DNA of 62,721 bases, the filler included, from Sphacelaria rigidula (taxonomy: Eukaryota), in NCBI GenBank assembly GCA_964200075.2. It is 6 parts of 6 records of this genome, joined end to end, with 100 filler letters (N's around TTAATTAATTAA, not from the genome) between each part and the next. Parts side by side here need not be neighbours in the genome. Positions count along the whole stretch, not along the records: positions 20,944 to 31,313 come from CAXNAA020006631.1; positions 31,414 to 41,783 come from CAXNAA020006632.1; 4 more parts are not named here. One strand, given 5' to 3'. Made by a program: the position numbers and the translations under genes. The notes under the pieces are model-generated. The model did not search any database and was not told the DNA's origin. It saw only the letters and a list, made by a program, of their open reading frames with translations. Of the stretch, positions 23,624 through 36,638 are shown piece by piece; position 1 is the stretch's first letter, and each line of letters starts with the position of its first letter.

Positions 23624-23789
23624 GAGGGACATCGTCACCCGTACCGCCGACCGCAGGCGGCGGCGGCAGCGGCGGCAGCGGGCAAGATTCCGGAAACGGG
23701 GGAACGGTGGTCGATACGCTGAGCCAAAGGTTCGCGGAGCTTGCCGCTCTTGAGGGGCGGGCGGAAGTGCGCAAAGCTCTCGCGGGCAG
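23624..23789 (+). CDS. Uncharacterised low-complexity protein, exon A
   Basis: ggcag|...|gtacgg; GTSSPVPP...TLSQRFAELAALEGRAEVRKALAG; phase 2 end fits the next exon. Confidence 0.7.
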
Positions 23790-24864
23790 GTACGGGCACG
23801 GTTTTGCCATGATAGTCAGCAGTCTGAGTTTCGGACTCTCAAGGCCTGAAATATTCCTTGCCTTGTAACTTTACCGGAAGTTGTAGTATCTGCTTGTGTT
23901 TAACGAATTTTCTGTGTTGTGGAAGCTACGTACCATGCCGAGGATTTAACCCTGCTTTTTGGTCGGGTGAAAAGTGAATATGGCATTGAAATCTTGTTTC
24001 TCACCTGTTTGTGTAGCGTCGCACCAGCAAGCAGCCTGACTGATGAGCAACTCGGATTGTTGTAAAGTGAAGTGTCTTCACATGGTGTGTAGCTTAGCGG
24101 AGTCATGGCTTCGCGTGTCGAGTGAGAGCGACGGGCTCCATCTCCTTTAGTCTGAATGATCACCTGCGGCATCGGATTTTTGGAGGGTTGGTATCATGTA
24201 TTCCTTATATTAATATTAGCTCGACACATCGATCGGCGCGTGGTCATGTTTGTATATGTTATTCTGAAATCCCCCCGCATACAAACTACATGCAATATTG
24301 GGGATATAATGTTCAGGCTGCATGCATATTTCGAACGATGATTAATTACAGAGTGACACCTTCACTGTTTTTTTTTTTTTTGTCAGAGAGAGGTTAGCAT
24401 GCTCCGAAAGTCTGGTCACATTCTGATCAAGTTATTTTCATTGAGAGAGGAGAACCTGTCCGCGGGAAAGCTGGATGACTTCATGCGACGGCCTGAACTC
24501 GTCGATTTTGACGATACAATCGTGGAATCGTGACTTTCAAAAGAGATAACTATCCGACACAGTATGGGTTTGTTTGGCTGACCCAGCTTGAGGTTACGGT
24601 GTTTTTTGTCCTGAAAACTGGAGCACAACTTCCATTCGTACCTCTTGTCATATGCACACTGGAGTATGACGTATTCACCGGTCGATTTTCCTTCGGCGAG
24701 TCTTTGCGTCTCTCTATCTGTATGTCAATGGCTAGATTCGTAGCAGGATCAACTCATAATAGGACGAACGGTCGACCAAATGAATCACCAGATACATTGA
24801 GGTCAACCAGACAATCAAATGGAATAATTAACCAATCGATCGGTTCGGCTTCCGACCATCGCAG

Positions 24865-25501
24865 GGCCGGTGGCGGCGGTGGAGGTTCATCATCACGAGC
24901 AACACCTGGCGGCTCCTCTTCTGCCTCCTCCGGCAACACAAACACCGCAGGTGTGCCCGCATCCACCACATCGTCCTCGGGGGCCCAAGACCAACCATCC
25001 CAAGGCGTCCGAGAAGCCCGCGCTGCGGTACACACCGCCAAGCTAGCCCTGGAACGGGCCCGCAGTGCCGCCGCGTCCGCGCGGGCGGCGGCAGACGCCC
25101 TCGTCGGCGGTAGCGGCGGCAGCGGGAGCTCCGCAGCGGCGGCCGCCGCCCATGCCGCTCACGTCGACCTCGAATCCATCGCGTTCGGCGCCGCCTTCGG
25201 TGGCGGCGGCAGAGCAAGCAGCAGTGGCACCGGCGGCGCTGCTAGTGACAGCCGAGACGCAACTACCCCTGCGTCGCTGGAGCGTGAGCTGACGCTCTTG
25301 AGGCACGCGCGGGCTGCACGCGCCGCGCAGAGCGCATTCGGCGGCGGAGGGGCGGCTGGATTGGCTGGGTCAGGGTGGACGCCCGAGCTGTTGGAAGCGG
25401 CGGGATTGTCTCTTCCGCCTCCGAGGGGTAGCGGGGCGGGTGGGTTGCCGCCTGGGCACAGAATGGGAGGGGGTGCTAGAGCGGGGACTATTTTGCGGAT
25501 G
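24865..25501 (+). CDS. Uncharacterised low-complexity protein, exon B
   Basis: tcgcag|...ATG|gtgagc; GC-rich open frame (ORF 24530-25510), Ala/Gly/Ser-rich. Confidence 0.8.
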
Positions 25502-25905
25502 GTGAGCTGATCGTTTTTTGTTTTGTTGTTGTTTCATGTCGTGTTGTTCAGTGACATGCTTCGGGCTGTGGTGAAGGGGTCTGAATAAACTAGTATTATA
25601 CTTGATGACGAGTGGAATGCGTGTATGCGGGGAGTACGCATGGCTGTTGTCTACTCGTTGTGCGCGATCGTTGTCGTGTGCGAGGTCCAGGTGTACCGTA
25701 GAAGCAACCTAGTTGACATGATCGAAATCAAAGGGAATGAATGTCGAAGCACCCATTCAAACTCCAATTTCGTCATTCCACAGAGCCCTTTGCCCAGAAC
25801 CATAACTGAAGTGGAGCACCATAAGCCCCGAAAGCCCAACTCCTGTCGCCTGTGAGCCTTGTCCATCTCCACACTTCTTCATGTGAAAAATGACGTTGCA
25901 CGCAG

Positions 25906-27434
25906 ACAATCCCGGGAATGGTGGACGAAGACTCGCCAGCAGGTCCGGGAGTGCGCATCCAGCTCATGTCTACGCGTAGGGATGCACCCCCGCCCGGCGC
26001 CGCAGCTGCTGCCGCCACCCCCGCGGCCGACGCGTCACTATCATCGTCCACTGCCTCGACCCAACCTGCAGGTGGCAACCGGTCAAGCACGGCTGGGAGA
26101 GCTACTTCGGCGCCCGGCGGCGCTGGTGCCGGCGCCATCGCTGGTGGGTCGGGCACTGGGTCGAGATCGGGAGGTCGACGCGGTAGTGCTTCAACGGCGG
26201 CGAGCGCGCGGCGTTCGTCCGCTCGTCAAGGGGCGACCGGTGCCACCCGCGGGCGCTCGTCTCTCACTCTGCCAGGGAAGGGTTCAAAAGCAGCCAAAAG
26301 TAGCGGTAGCTCAAGCGCTAGCAAAGGCGGCCGTAGTAGTTCTGATGGCGGTGGGAAAGGAAGGAAGAAATCTGCCAGTCGGGTTGGTGGTGTTGGTGCG
26401 GCGGTGGCAGCAGCGGTGACTGGTCGCTCGCGGCCATCTTCGCGATCTTCTCGTCGCAGTAGTACGCGACCGTCTTCTGCGTCTGCAGCCACTAAAACGG
26501 ACACCGCACAGCCGGTAGGTCGCCCTGGTCTGCGCGGGACGCGCGCTGCGACGAGGTCAAGCGGTGGAGACGAGGACGGCGGACATGACGACGGTGGTAG
26601 CAGCGCCGGCAATGCAGCGTCGACCGCGGATCGTCCCATGACTCGCAGGCAGGCGGCTGCCGCCGCCGTTGTCTCGGGCGGGGAGGATCAAGGCGGCAGC
26701 GTGGCCGCATGCGCAGCGGGCAAGGGAAAAACGAAAAGGCAAGGCGGGGGCACAACGAGCAGGAGAGGCTCTGTCTTTTCCCGTTCAGCTGCAGCGGCAA
26801 GAAGCACCTCGCCATCCCGAGCCCTTCGGCCGTCCAAGCGGAAGCGAGAAAGCAGCGGCGGAGGCGAAGACGGAGATGAGGATAGTACTGAATCTGGTGC
26901 AGCCTCGCGCATGAGCACGAGGCTAGCGTCGCGAGTAGCTTCCGCGGCTGCCGCCGCCGCCGGAGCCGCGTCAGGACCATCGGAGTCTTGTTCTCTTCGG
27001 AAGTCCCGTCGGGCGACGTCATCATCCAACAAGACTGCCGATGAGCCAGCGATGACGACGACGACGGGCGCATCCCGCGCGCAAGCAACGGCTGGTTCCT
27101 CTACGCCCAAAAGCTCTTCCTTCTCCCCTGGCGTCGTGTCTCAACGGGAAAATTCTGGTAGGGGTAGTAGGGGGGCTTCGGCGCCACTCCGACCCGTAGA
27201 CAAGAAAACAAGGGTGACTAAGAGCGGAGGTGGGAAGGCGGCTGTTAGCAGCGTGGTCCGCGCCACTGGGCGAGGCGCACGCGAGCGCAGGGCTTCGACT
27301 AAGGCGGCGGAGGCAGCTGAGGCGGCGGCTGAGGCGGTGGCGGCTGCAAAGGCCAGGGGTGGGGGTTCTACTCCGCACCAGACAGGCAAGAAGATGAAAA
27401 AGACTGCGGGTCCTGATGGGACGGCGAGTGGAAG
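25906..27434 (+). CDS. Uncharacterised low-complexity protein, exon C
   Basis: acgcag|...AG|gtgagg; about 510 codons open, Ser/Ala/Gly/Arg-rich, with basic clusters (KGRKK, KRKR). Confidence 0.85.
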
Positions 27435-28861
27435 GTGAGGTGAAAACAGTTTGATTGTTGCGCGTGTCACGCTCTGTGGTACGGTGGCTGTGCCGCCTTG
27501 GATTGGATAGAACATACGTATGGTGCTTAGTTTCGACTTGTATCAGTTGTTTGTTTGTGGTTCGTAGTTTCCGATTGATTCCCTTTGACGTTCATGATTA
27601 AAGCAGGAGCGAACTGCTTCCGTTGCTGGAATCACTTGCATTTTTTTGTTGTGGCTTTCAGCGTATTCTCTTCGGACACTATTGTTGTACCATGAGCACC
27701 CCGTCGATTGATTGCCACTCTTGCCTTTTCCAACTCGAGCCACTGCATCCTCCGATTCCTCCCGTCGACGGCGGCGAGCGGCATTTTTTTCCCATTTCGC
27801 TTGTGGCATGCCTACTCTCTCTGGTATCGTGATGTTTTCAAGAAATGTACAGCGATCGTCATTGAGGTCACTGCTTCGCAGGCGCCGTGATCCTTGAACC
27901 ACCTTCAGAGTCGAAAACGGGGTTGACAATGCATTTTCCCCCAAGAGTGAAAACGATGCTGACTTGATGGACGGGGGAAGCGCTGGGCGTTTCAACGGTT
28001 ACGTCCCTGGGGCGCCAGATCTCTGTTCGGAACGTTATCGACGGATGATTTCCGAACGCCGGAAATGCTGACGCTATCATAGGGCAAACAGCTCCGTTCT
28101 GTTGGCGAGCACGCCTTCAGTGGTAAAGCTTCATGTCTTCCGGAATCCCAACCTTTGACAAGGACTCTAGTATACATGCTTCTTGTGCGTTCCCATGCGC
28201 GTTTTCACTTCGAGATTAGTACCATACATTTTATAGGATTTTTAGACCTGGAGTAGTGGCGTACTTTTGACTCGCACGTAATACCGTTCGACCGATGCAG
28301 CTGGAGTTGTTTTTCATGTGTATTCACCATATTCCCGGCTGTCGATCTAACATTTCCCTGTGTGATTGCATGAGTAATCCTCAAGAAATCTACGCCACTT
28401 CCAACAATTCTGGTAAATGTAAAGGTGAGAAAACATCAGCAGAGTCCTGCGGTATATATCTATTCTACAGGGTAATATCCATATCCCCCCCGCCCCACAC
28501 CCGAACACACAAACACACACCCGAGTGGTATCTCGAGTTGCACTGCACTACTGCTGGTGATCGCATGTCTTGTCACCTGAGGTATCATGGCAGAATGACG
28601 GTACTTGAGCGTGATTGGCTCAACGGGACAAAGATATGCGCATCTCCACGCACAGCACCGTCAGACCAAGCCAAAGCCCCACCCGCCCTACGCCCTTCGC
28701 CCCCCAAAACCCCGACGGCGACTGAAGGAACGATAAAGCGTTTGGCCGTTAGGGTGCAACATCTCATCTTTTGTTTCGGCGTGTTGAGTCGACTAAACAA
28801 TTGCTGTACATGCTTTTTGATGCCCCGGCGATCTCATTCCGGTCCCTCTACCTCGTAGCAG

Positions 28862-29136
28862 AACGGCGGCGTCTGTGTCGGCGGCAGCATCGGCGAAGAA
28901 AAGCCCCGCGGCCGCATCGGCGAAGAAAGGCCCCGCGGCAGCATCGAAGTCCGCAGCATCAAAAGCCAGGTCCAAAGCGGCGAGGGCGGCGGCCGTGGCT
29001 GCAGCTACCGCGGCCCGACGGAAACGGAAAGCACCGAGTTCTCCGTCACGTCCCGGCAAAGGTGTTGTTTGTTCTGCTGCTGCTGGTGCTCGTGCCGGCG
29101 GTGCTGCTTCTAGTTCTTCGTCGTCGGTCACTACGG
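28862..29136 (+). CDS. Uncharacterised low-complexity protein, exon D
   Basis: tagcag|...|gtgaag; phase matches exon C; AAASAKKSP/AAASAKKGP repeats and RRKRK. Confidence 0.75.
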
Positions 29137-29625
29137 GTGAAGGCTCGTTTTGTGTCGTTTCGTTTATTAGTCTGGTTGGTGTTCATACACTAATCATAAT
29201 AGTAATGAAATGGTTATGATTATAACGTTTGTAGCTATCAATAATGATGAAAAGAGGCTGGTTTAGGGTGAGCACCTCAGATGCACTTATATCCGCGAAA
29301 CCTCACGCACTTTTTCGGAATTAGACACTAATCACTCGCACACGATTCCGTTAGGTCATCAAAAAACTTTTCAAGGACGGTTTTTCAAGTTTTTTTTCTT
29401 TGCCGGTTGTCAGAGGTCCTAAGGTTTAAAGGGATATTTTTGGATCACATGCCGTTCTGAGACCCTGATAGTGGCCGAAATAAGAGAGGAGAAATGTCCT
29501 AGAAAAAGTTTCTAATAATCCTCAGCACATGTGTGCATGTTTTCGGAGCCTAACTAAAAAAAACAGCGTTACGTTTGGTAGATGAGTGCGCTGAAGGCTA
29601 ACGTGCCGGGACAACCTCCCACCTG

Positions 29626-30169
29626 CAGTAGTGGGCGGTCTAACTGTTCATTTTGAGGCATTTTGCGATTTCTTCGTAATTGGCGATTTTCTCGAGCTCT
29701 TTTCGCTTGCCATCGCTGATCACATTGGGGACCTAAAGTGTATCCGCTCCACAGTCCGAGGAAAAAAAATCATGTTTACTCAATATTTCGTGACTTACGG
29801 GCTGACCGGTCATCGGGGGTCCTGCGACGTTTCAGCCCAGATTCCTGCTTCTCGGTATTTCCGGTCGATCGAGGCTGTCCCGATCATATTTTCAAAAAAA
29901 TCTACAGTTTTATTCTTTTAAAATTCTGCCTATTCATGGCACTAGAGCCGGAAAACTGTGTTTTACGGTCAATAACACCCTCCTGATGAACGGGGTATTT
30001 ACTCGTTTTGCCCGTTAACACCAACTAGCACTGACTTGGGCACTGTATTTCGGGGATGATCTGTTCATTGTACCGAAATCTGCCGACGATAGCAATTTCG
30101 AGTTCCATCGAAGAGTAGTCCGCGAGGAGTATCCCAAAACCCGCTGAATAGTTAGACCGCCCACTACTG
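29626..30169. mobile_element. ~540-bp Tc1/mariner(pogo)-like MITE, second copy
   Basis: Same TIR and internal sequence as 18427-18968; followed by TA. Confidence 0.8.
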
Positions 30170-31655
30170 TAGTTGAATTTAGTATCGAATACCTTTTTCG
30201 GCGTCAAAATGACCCCTTGCGTCAGCTTATCGTGTTTCGCAACGAAACTTCGTACACTCACAGGATTACCCGGGAATGAATCTAATATATTTTTTCCTCG
30301 TTGAGGCATTCTATGCCGGCTTCCGGGGGTCCTCACGCCTGGACCTCCGGAAACCGGTGAAGAGCGGAGAAACTTTGAAATAGTTTTCATCATAATTTTT
30401 TTTCCCATCTAGAGCACTATTGCCCACCGAGCTGCCACGTTGGAGAGCGATCGGAGCTTTTTTACGACAAATATGAGGGAAATTGTCAGGAGGCTGTCTG
30501 GGTCGTTGATGCATGTCATCAATGAATATTCGACGATGCTAAAACCCCACATCACCAAAATGCGATGGTTACGGGTATAGTTCGATCCCGTGGTAACTGT
30601 TTCCACATCCGTTTTTTCTCTCCCCCGTCAGACTCCCGAGCTGATCGCGTTTACTTGAATCTGATTCAAGTTCCCTTCCCCCCCGCCGCCGCCGGAACGA
30701 GCCTGGCTCTGTCTTCTTGTCTTTTGCATTTCTTTTTTTACGTTCTATTATTTTATTTTTATTTTGTTTCCTTTTTTTTTCCGTTCATTTTTCCTTACCT
30801 TTTTTTCATGTTTCTCCTATTTGTTTCTGATCACGAGCTGAAGCGTTGCAATCAGCTACGTGATGCGCGCTCATCATCTTCTTTGTTGTTGTTCATGCTT
30901 GTGTTTGTCTTTCTCTTTGTCTTTATGTTGTTGTTCTTGCTGTTGTTGTTTGGTGGTGGTGGTGGTGGTGGTGGTGGTGTTGTTTTTTGTTGTTATCGCT
31001 GCCCCCTTTCTTTCCTTTTTGAGGCCGTTGCTTCTGTCGTTTTCTGTTCCTTTATTTTTTATTTTTTATTTTTTTTATTCTGTTCTATTTTTGCTGATCC
31101 TGACCACGGGCTGGATTGTTGCAATCAGCTAATGTGAGATAATCAATTAATTAATCAATCAATCAATGTAATGGATTACATACATACGTACATTTGGACC
31201 GCGCGCGTAAGTACGTTTTTTATGACCGCCCCCCCCCCCCCCCCCCCCCGCCCCCCTCCCCACGGGCTCTCGGGCCCAGACGGGGCACGGCCGAGCTCGT
31301 GACCCATAGACGGNNNNNNNNNNNNNNNNNNNNNNNNNNNNNNNNNNNNNNNNNNNNTTAATTAATTAANNNNNNNNNNNNNNNNNNNNNNNNNNNNNNN
31401 NNNNNNNNNNNNNCTGTCGGCGGCAGCTAAGGAATCGCTGTCGTAGTGGTCTAGCGCAGAGTCCAAGGCGTTTTAGACCTCGGTCGATTGTCCCGGAAAT
31501 TGGCAGGCGTAGTGCTGGTACGAAGACGATAGCAGTGGTATTTGTTTCGACTCGCAGGTCGTCGCCGCCCCCTGCCCACTGTCCGCCCGGTGATGAGCTG
31601 AGAAGGAAGATCCGTCAGGTTCTGGGAACGACCCCACATGAGTGTCAACGAAGCA

Positions 31656-31657
<2 letters not shown>

Positions 31658-31700
<43 letters not shown>
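31658..31700. repeat. (GT)n microsatellite
   Basis: Seen directly. Confidence 0.95.
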
Positions 31701-31704
<4 letters not shown>

Positions 31705-31814
31705 GTCACTTGGGTTGTGTGCGAGATGGGGCGTGGAAGTCGGAGGAGAGGAACGCATGGGTGGTTCGAGGGCATCAGGCGCCGCTGTTGTATCGTTGGT
31801 TTCCATTTTTCAAG

Positions 31815-34800
31815 GCGACAAGGCCCGGCCCGTCTAGCCAGTGGTTGTGTTGATGGAAAAAAAGCCATGCTCTCCGCCCGCCCGAAAAAACGGAAGACGA
31901 GTACAGGTGTAAGAGGGTTGGTCCGCTGTAACGGCCGATGTGCCCCCGTGCACGAAAGCCCAGGCGCTGACCGCCGACAAAGGGACGACAAGTCCCCGGA
32001 GGCACTCGCTAGTCAATTTCTTTGACTGGATCTACCCGGTGGCCAGTCGCGTATACTTGGCGTGGTGTGGTGGATATGTGTGGCGGTTGAACATGTGCAT
32101 CATGTAGGACGCGTGGTTGCACGTGGTGTGATCGTATCCCCTGCTTGTGTGCTGCCATGACCAATCTGCGGTCTGACACAAATGTCTTGGGAATCTTGTC
32201 CCTGGACGGCCGTGCCTGTTGCACGCGCTGTCCTCTGCTTTCCTGAACATGCTCTCAGCTCGGGAAGGAGATGTCTGAGGTGGACCCCAAGGCGGCGAGC
32301 AGAGAGACGCGGAGCGTGGTGTCCGCTTTGAGGAGTGCCCACAAACTCGACTGTCGGAGCGGAGGCATCGAGGAGCTCAGGAGTGGATCTCTTGTGAGTG
32401 ACGAGGGCAAGTGCTCGTGATGATGCACACTTCAGTCATGGGGGTGAACGGGGCCCGATTTTGGGCACCATATACAGGGAAAATGGACCGACCAACTACA
32501 CAATTCAGTCGAATGCAGAAGAAATGAGACCTAAATGAGCCAATCAGTACCAATCACAAGCACACGCGTCACTCGAAATGACGACGGAGCTCATACAACA
32601 TGTACTATTACTATTGCGGCACAGACGAGATCTTGTGTGTGTGCGGGGGGCTGTCAAGTGCCACAGGCCGGTTTGCTTCCTGTCTCGAGAAGTATTGCGA
32701 CGAGAAAAACTACAGCTGTCGCATACTAAACGTAGATAACTTGGGATGGAGCGTGTGTTCCGTTCGGCAGAGGTTCGGCACAGGTCCGACCAGTCAGTGA
32801 CGTCTTCAATACACCTTCAGTGTCCCTCCGCGTTCAAGTTTCTTTTTGTTGACAGGGGATTTTCGGTCGGTAAGGTCTTCATTCACCCCCATAACAGTAG
32901 TGGATTTGGTGTAAGGAAACACACCCATCCCCGTGTGCCGTGGCTCACACGCGTCGACTGCTTTGAGGCGCGGGTGGACGTGATGAAACCATTTCGATGC
33001 CGGTTGCCCCCGTAGTGGTGCTCATGACGTCATCATCAGATGGGATGGAGAGTGCACGCACCTGTCCAGATTATTCCTCTGTTTCGTTGGCATCCCCCAG
33101 TGTAGCGGAGTTACTGGTGACTTGGGAGTTGTTGAGCAAGACGGAGGTGCGCTGGGCTCTAGTCTGTCTCCGGAGCACGCGTGCAAACCTCCCGTGTGTC
33201 CCTTTTCGCCCGTTTCTTTTCCCTGGCATCTGCGGGACTTGAGCCTAGCGGCTGTGTCCGCGATCGCGCTACCCGATTCGACCGACTGGCTGAATATGTT
33301 TTGCATCATGAAGAAACAATCAGGACGAGCCGACTTCGCGGCCTAGTCTACGATCCGGCTGCACGGGGTGTCTGCCGCTTGATCGTTGGTGTGAGCCTCG
33401 GCAGATGTGTGTGACACGTATTCGTTGTCCTGGCCCTTGCGTTGCAAAATTGTGGAATCACCGGTGGCCGATGTCTCCGTACAGTAGGCGACTGATGAAA
33501 GACCTCGCTGCACGTGGGGTAGGTAGACTTTGCTTCCCGTCTTGCGCGTCGCTGGTGTTGTGTGGTCGCAATTCTGATGCGGCGTCGCTCCCCGTCCCTC
33601 CATTCGTTGAAATTGAAATGTCCAGCTCAAGGAGTTGTTCTACTCCAAGGTTGAGGAGACGGCCTGGACGAGAGTGCCTGGCGCCCCGAAATGGATCCCC
33701 CGCGAGCCTCATGTGGGGGAGCACTACACGATCATGGTGAGTACAAGTAGGGTGCTTACTTCTGACGCCGAGCGGCATTGTTCTGAGGTGCACCTTGTTG
33801 AGTCAGTCGGGTCGTGTGATTTTCGTCTGATTTTGGTGTAGATGTTGTCGTGAACTGGGTGGTATTGAGAGCGAGCGCTGCTAGTGACGGCCGTGTTCCA
33901 TGGCGTGCGTGGTGCGAGAACCCGACAGTGCTGTATGAGTATTCGTTCTGATGCATATGCATCTGTGTGGCCGCGGTCTTTGTTGAGTGTAGCACTCCCA
34001 CGCTTGGCCGATCTAGTGTACCAACATCGTTGCTTGCTCTCTCCCGGCTTCCACGGTGACGCAGGCTCCCCTGAACGAGCCCCAGGCACAGTCCGGGTCA
34101 GGGACCAAGGGACAGAGCGGTGGTCGTCGGCGGGTGCTGACGGGGCACACCTCCGTACGGGAGGCACTGGGCAACTGGGCCACGGGCGGGAGATGTGTGA
34201 CGGAGATGAGGGACGATGATGGGCAGCAGGTGAGAAGAAACAAGGGATCACTGTCGTGATACACGTTGCTGGGCCCGTGTACAGTGACGGGTGTTTCTCT
34301 TCAACACACTGTGCACACTTCCAACCGTGCATCCCTTCCGTCTGTCCCTGATGCGAAGCGTCCTTTGTTTCACACCGAGGTATCATTTCGCTCCTGATCC
34401 GTTCCAATCTGTGCACTGGTGTGGTTGAGCGTCTCTTGCGATCCCCCTCCATCTCTGTACCCCCCTCCTTGACCAGGTGGAGACTCTTCACACGACGGCG
34501 TTCGTCGCGTTGCCGAAGGTTCTGGCGGTTCAGGTCGTTCAGTTCGCAAACGACGGAGCATCGACGTCCAAGCGACGTGACTCGAAACTCTCGTGAGTTA
34601 GTTGGGCCCCTGCACACAGACCGCACGGTGGATCGTGAACTGAAACATCGTAGCGTGATGCCCCCGCTCCGGCCCCGAACATCTGAGGTGTCTGAACGCC
34701 TGTCTCATCTGACGAATTCCTCGTGTCTATCGCTGCACCATCAGGTTCAAGGCATCATTCAAGCTGTCGCCGAACCTGGTGGCTCCTGCACTCCGCGAGG

Positions 34801-36638
34801 AGTACGTGGAGAGTGGCGGTGCGGAGTACCGCCTCTTTGCCGTCGGTGAGTGAGTGGTGGAAGTGGACGCGTGAATCGCGCCATTCAGCTGACATGGGAC
34901 AATGACGAGTCAGTGGGCCAGCCCGTGGCTCTTGGTTCCGCTGTACAGGGCGTCCAATTCGCTCCGTAGGCCGGCCGCTGGTCGAGCGTTGTTTAATTTC
35001 ACAAGTTCAGTTGCTTTAGTCTCGGGTACGCCTTTGGTATTTTTCATCTGAAGTAGGGCATTTGCGTGATTCTACGAAGATCGTAGTCGGCGATTTTCAA
35101 CGTTTTTTTCGCGTGCCACCGCTCATCTCAGCGAGCGGTTGATCCCAACGCTGGGGAGTCGGGAGATACTGGGCACCCGCTCCACATTCCGAAACAAAAA
35201 TCGTCTCTGCGCTCGATCAATATTGGACGGCGTCTGAGCTGAACTGACAGGAGGTGTTATTGACCGTCCTTGGTCCAAAGCACATTTCTTTTCGGCTCTA
35301 GCGTAATGAGTAGTAGGTGGAGAAACAATACTGTAATAGGGGCCCGTACGAGTAGAATCGTTCATTCCTGAGAGCGATTGGAATCGATTCCCCCCCGCCT
35401 GTGCCATGCAGAGCTCGGTCGGGCAATTCTCTTTTTTGGGTACTTTTCCTGATTTTCGTCGTAGTAGTATCCGTCGTTGACGCTTCAAAGTCCTAGCGCC
35501 GATAGATGTTGGGAAGAGGAGCAGGTCGTGCGAAGTACACAATCCTCGATTGGTGTTGTCGGGGTGATACGGAGTAAGTACCTTGTTCGTCAGGGGGTGT
35601 TATCGACCGTCACTGGTCCAGAAAACACAGTTTTCCGGCACTAGCGCAATAGATTAGTAGAAATGATCCTCCTCATTTGTTCACGGAAACACGATTGGGG
35701 TGTCTTCAATCGAACAAACAAATCAAAATCAAGGGTCAGAACCTGGGGCTGGGTAGTCCAGGACCCCCGAAAACGGTTCAGCCCGTAAGTCGTTCAGTAA
35801 TGAGCGCAAATGCGATCTTATTCCGGAATGGGGAGGGAATGCTCAGTATCTCTCCTCATCCCGAAACTTTGAGATCGAACGTTCACTGTGATGAGCGGGG
35901 TGGCACGCAAAACACTTTCGAGTATCCCCCACTAGGAAAAAACGAGGAGCATCTCCTCTTCCAGATGTGAAGTACTGTATCATGTGACCACCGCTGGATC
36001 TGGATCCCTGGGGGATCCGTTGAAGTGCGACAATCAACCGAATCAGATCAGTGAATCGGTCATGGGTAGAGTGGAGTGTTGTTGTTGTTGCTGCTGCTGC
36101 TGCTGTGCATATATAGCGAATCGCTTGGCAGCCTTGCCATTTTCACGGGATAGCTTGCCTCCAGGTGAAGGAATCTCGTTAGGGACAAGGGCGGTGGCTT
36201 CCCTTGAAGTACCTTTGCACCGCCCATCACAGCTCCGCTGCAGCTGCACACCTGGGGTAGCCCTAGCCCAGGCGTGCGAGGATCCCGCGTCTAGCGTAGA
36301 TCCTCCATGAGGTCACCATGCAGGCGCGTGATTTGACAGTTTAGTCAGTTTTTTTTTTGCACCCCCGCCTCGACGTACGTGACGTCCCCTCCAATACCTC
36401 CCCACCCCGCACCCCCGTACAATCGCTTGTGCTCCTCCGCCCGCTTCATCCGCGCGCAGTGGTCCACAAGGGGGAAACCCCCTGGAGCGGACACTACACC
36501 ACGTTCGTCAAGGGGTCGACCAACCAATGGCGACTCTTCGACGACTCGGTGGTGAAGGACGTGGAGGAGGCAGCAGTATTGAAGCCCAGCCCCGACCCCC
36601 TGGAGACCCCCTACTTGCTCTTCTTCACGCGGGCATAG
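31815..36638 (+). pseudogene. Divergent ubiquitin-specific protease (peptidase C19/UCH), 5' catalytic exons disrupted
   Basis: Cys-box-like GVRGLVRCNGRC then a +1 shift to QALTA (~31906-31975); QD-box-like AQEWIS exon ending 32393 with an upstream in-frame TGA. Then seven in-phase GT-AG exons: 32625-32783, 33016-33146, 33650-33736, 34065-34229, 34477-34592, 34745-34845, 36460-36638, giving TSVREAL, LPKVLAVQ, YRLFAVVVHKG..SGHY, W.LFDD, PYLLFF. Confidence 0.75.
36460..36638 (+). CDS. USP His-box terminal exon
   Basis: gcgcag|TG; VHKGETPWSGHYTTFVKGSTNQWRLFDDSVV...PYLLFFTRA* is a clear peptidase C19 His/Asp box. Confidence 0.85.

Noticed and set aside
30565..31137. Hydrophobic membrane-protein ORF
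   Set aside because: T-rich low-complexity repeat sequence with a (GGT)n tract, preceding the (AATC)n tail module.
33724..34626. 300-aa minus-strand ORF
   Set aside because: Antisense to USP exons and introns; no recognisable domain.
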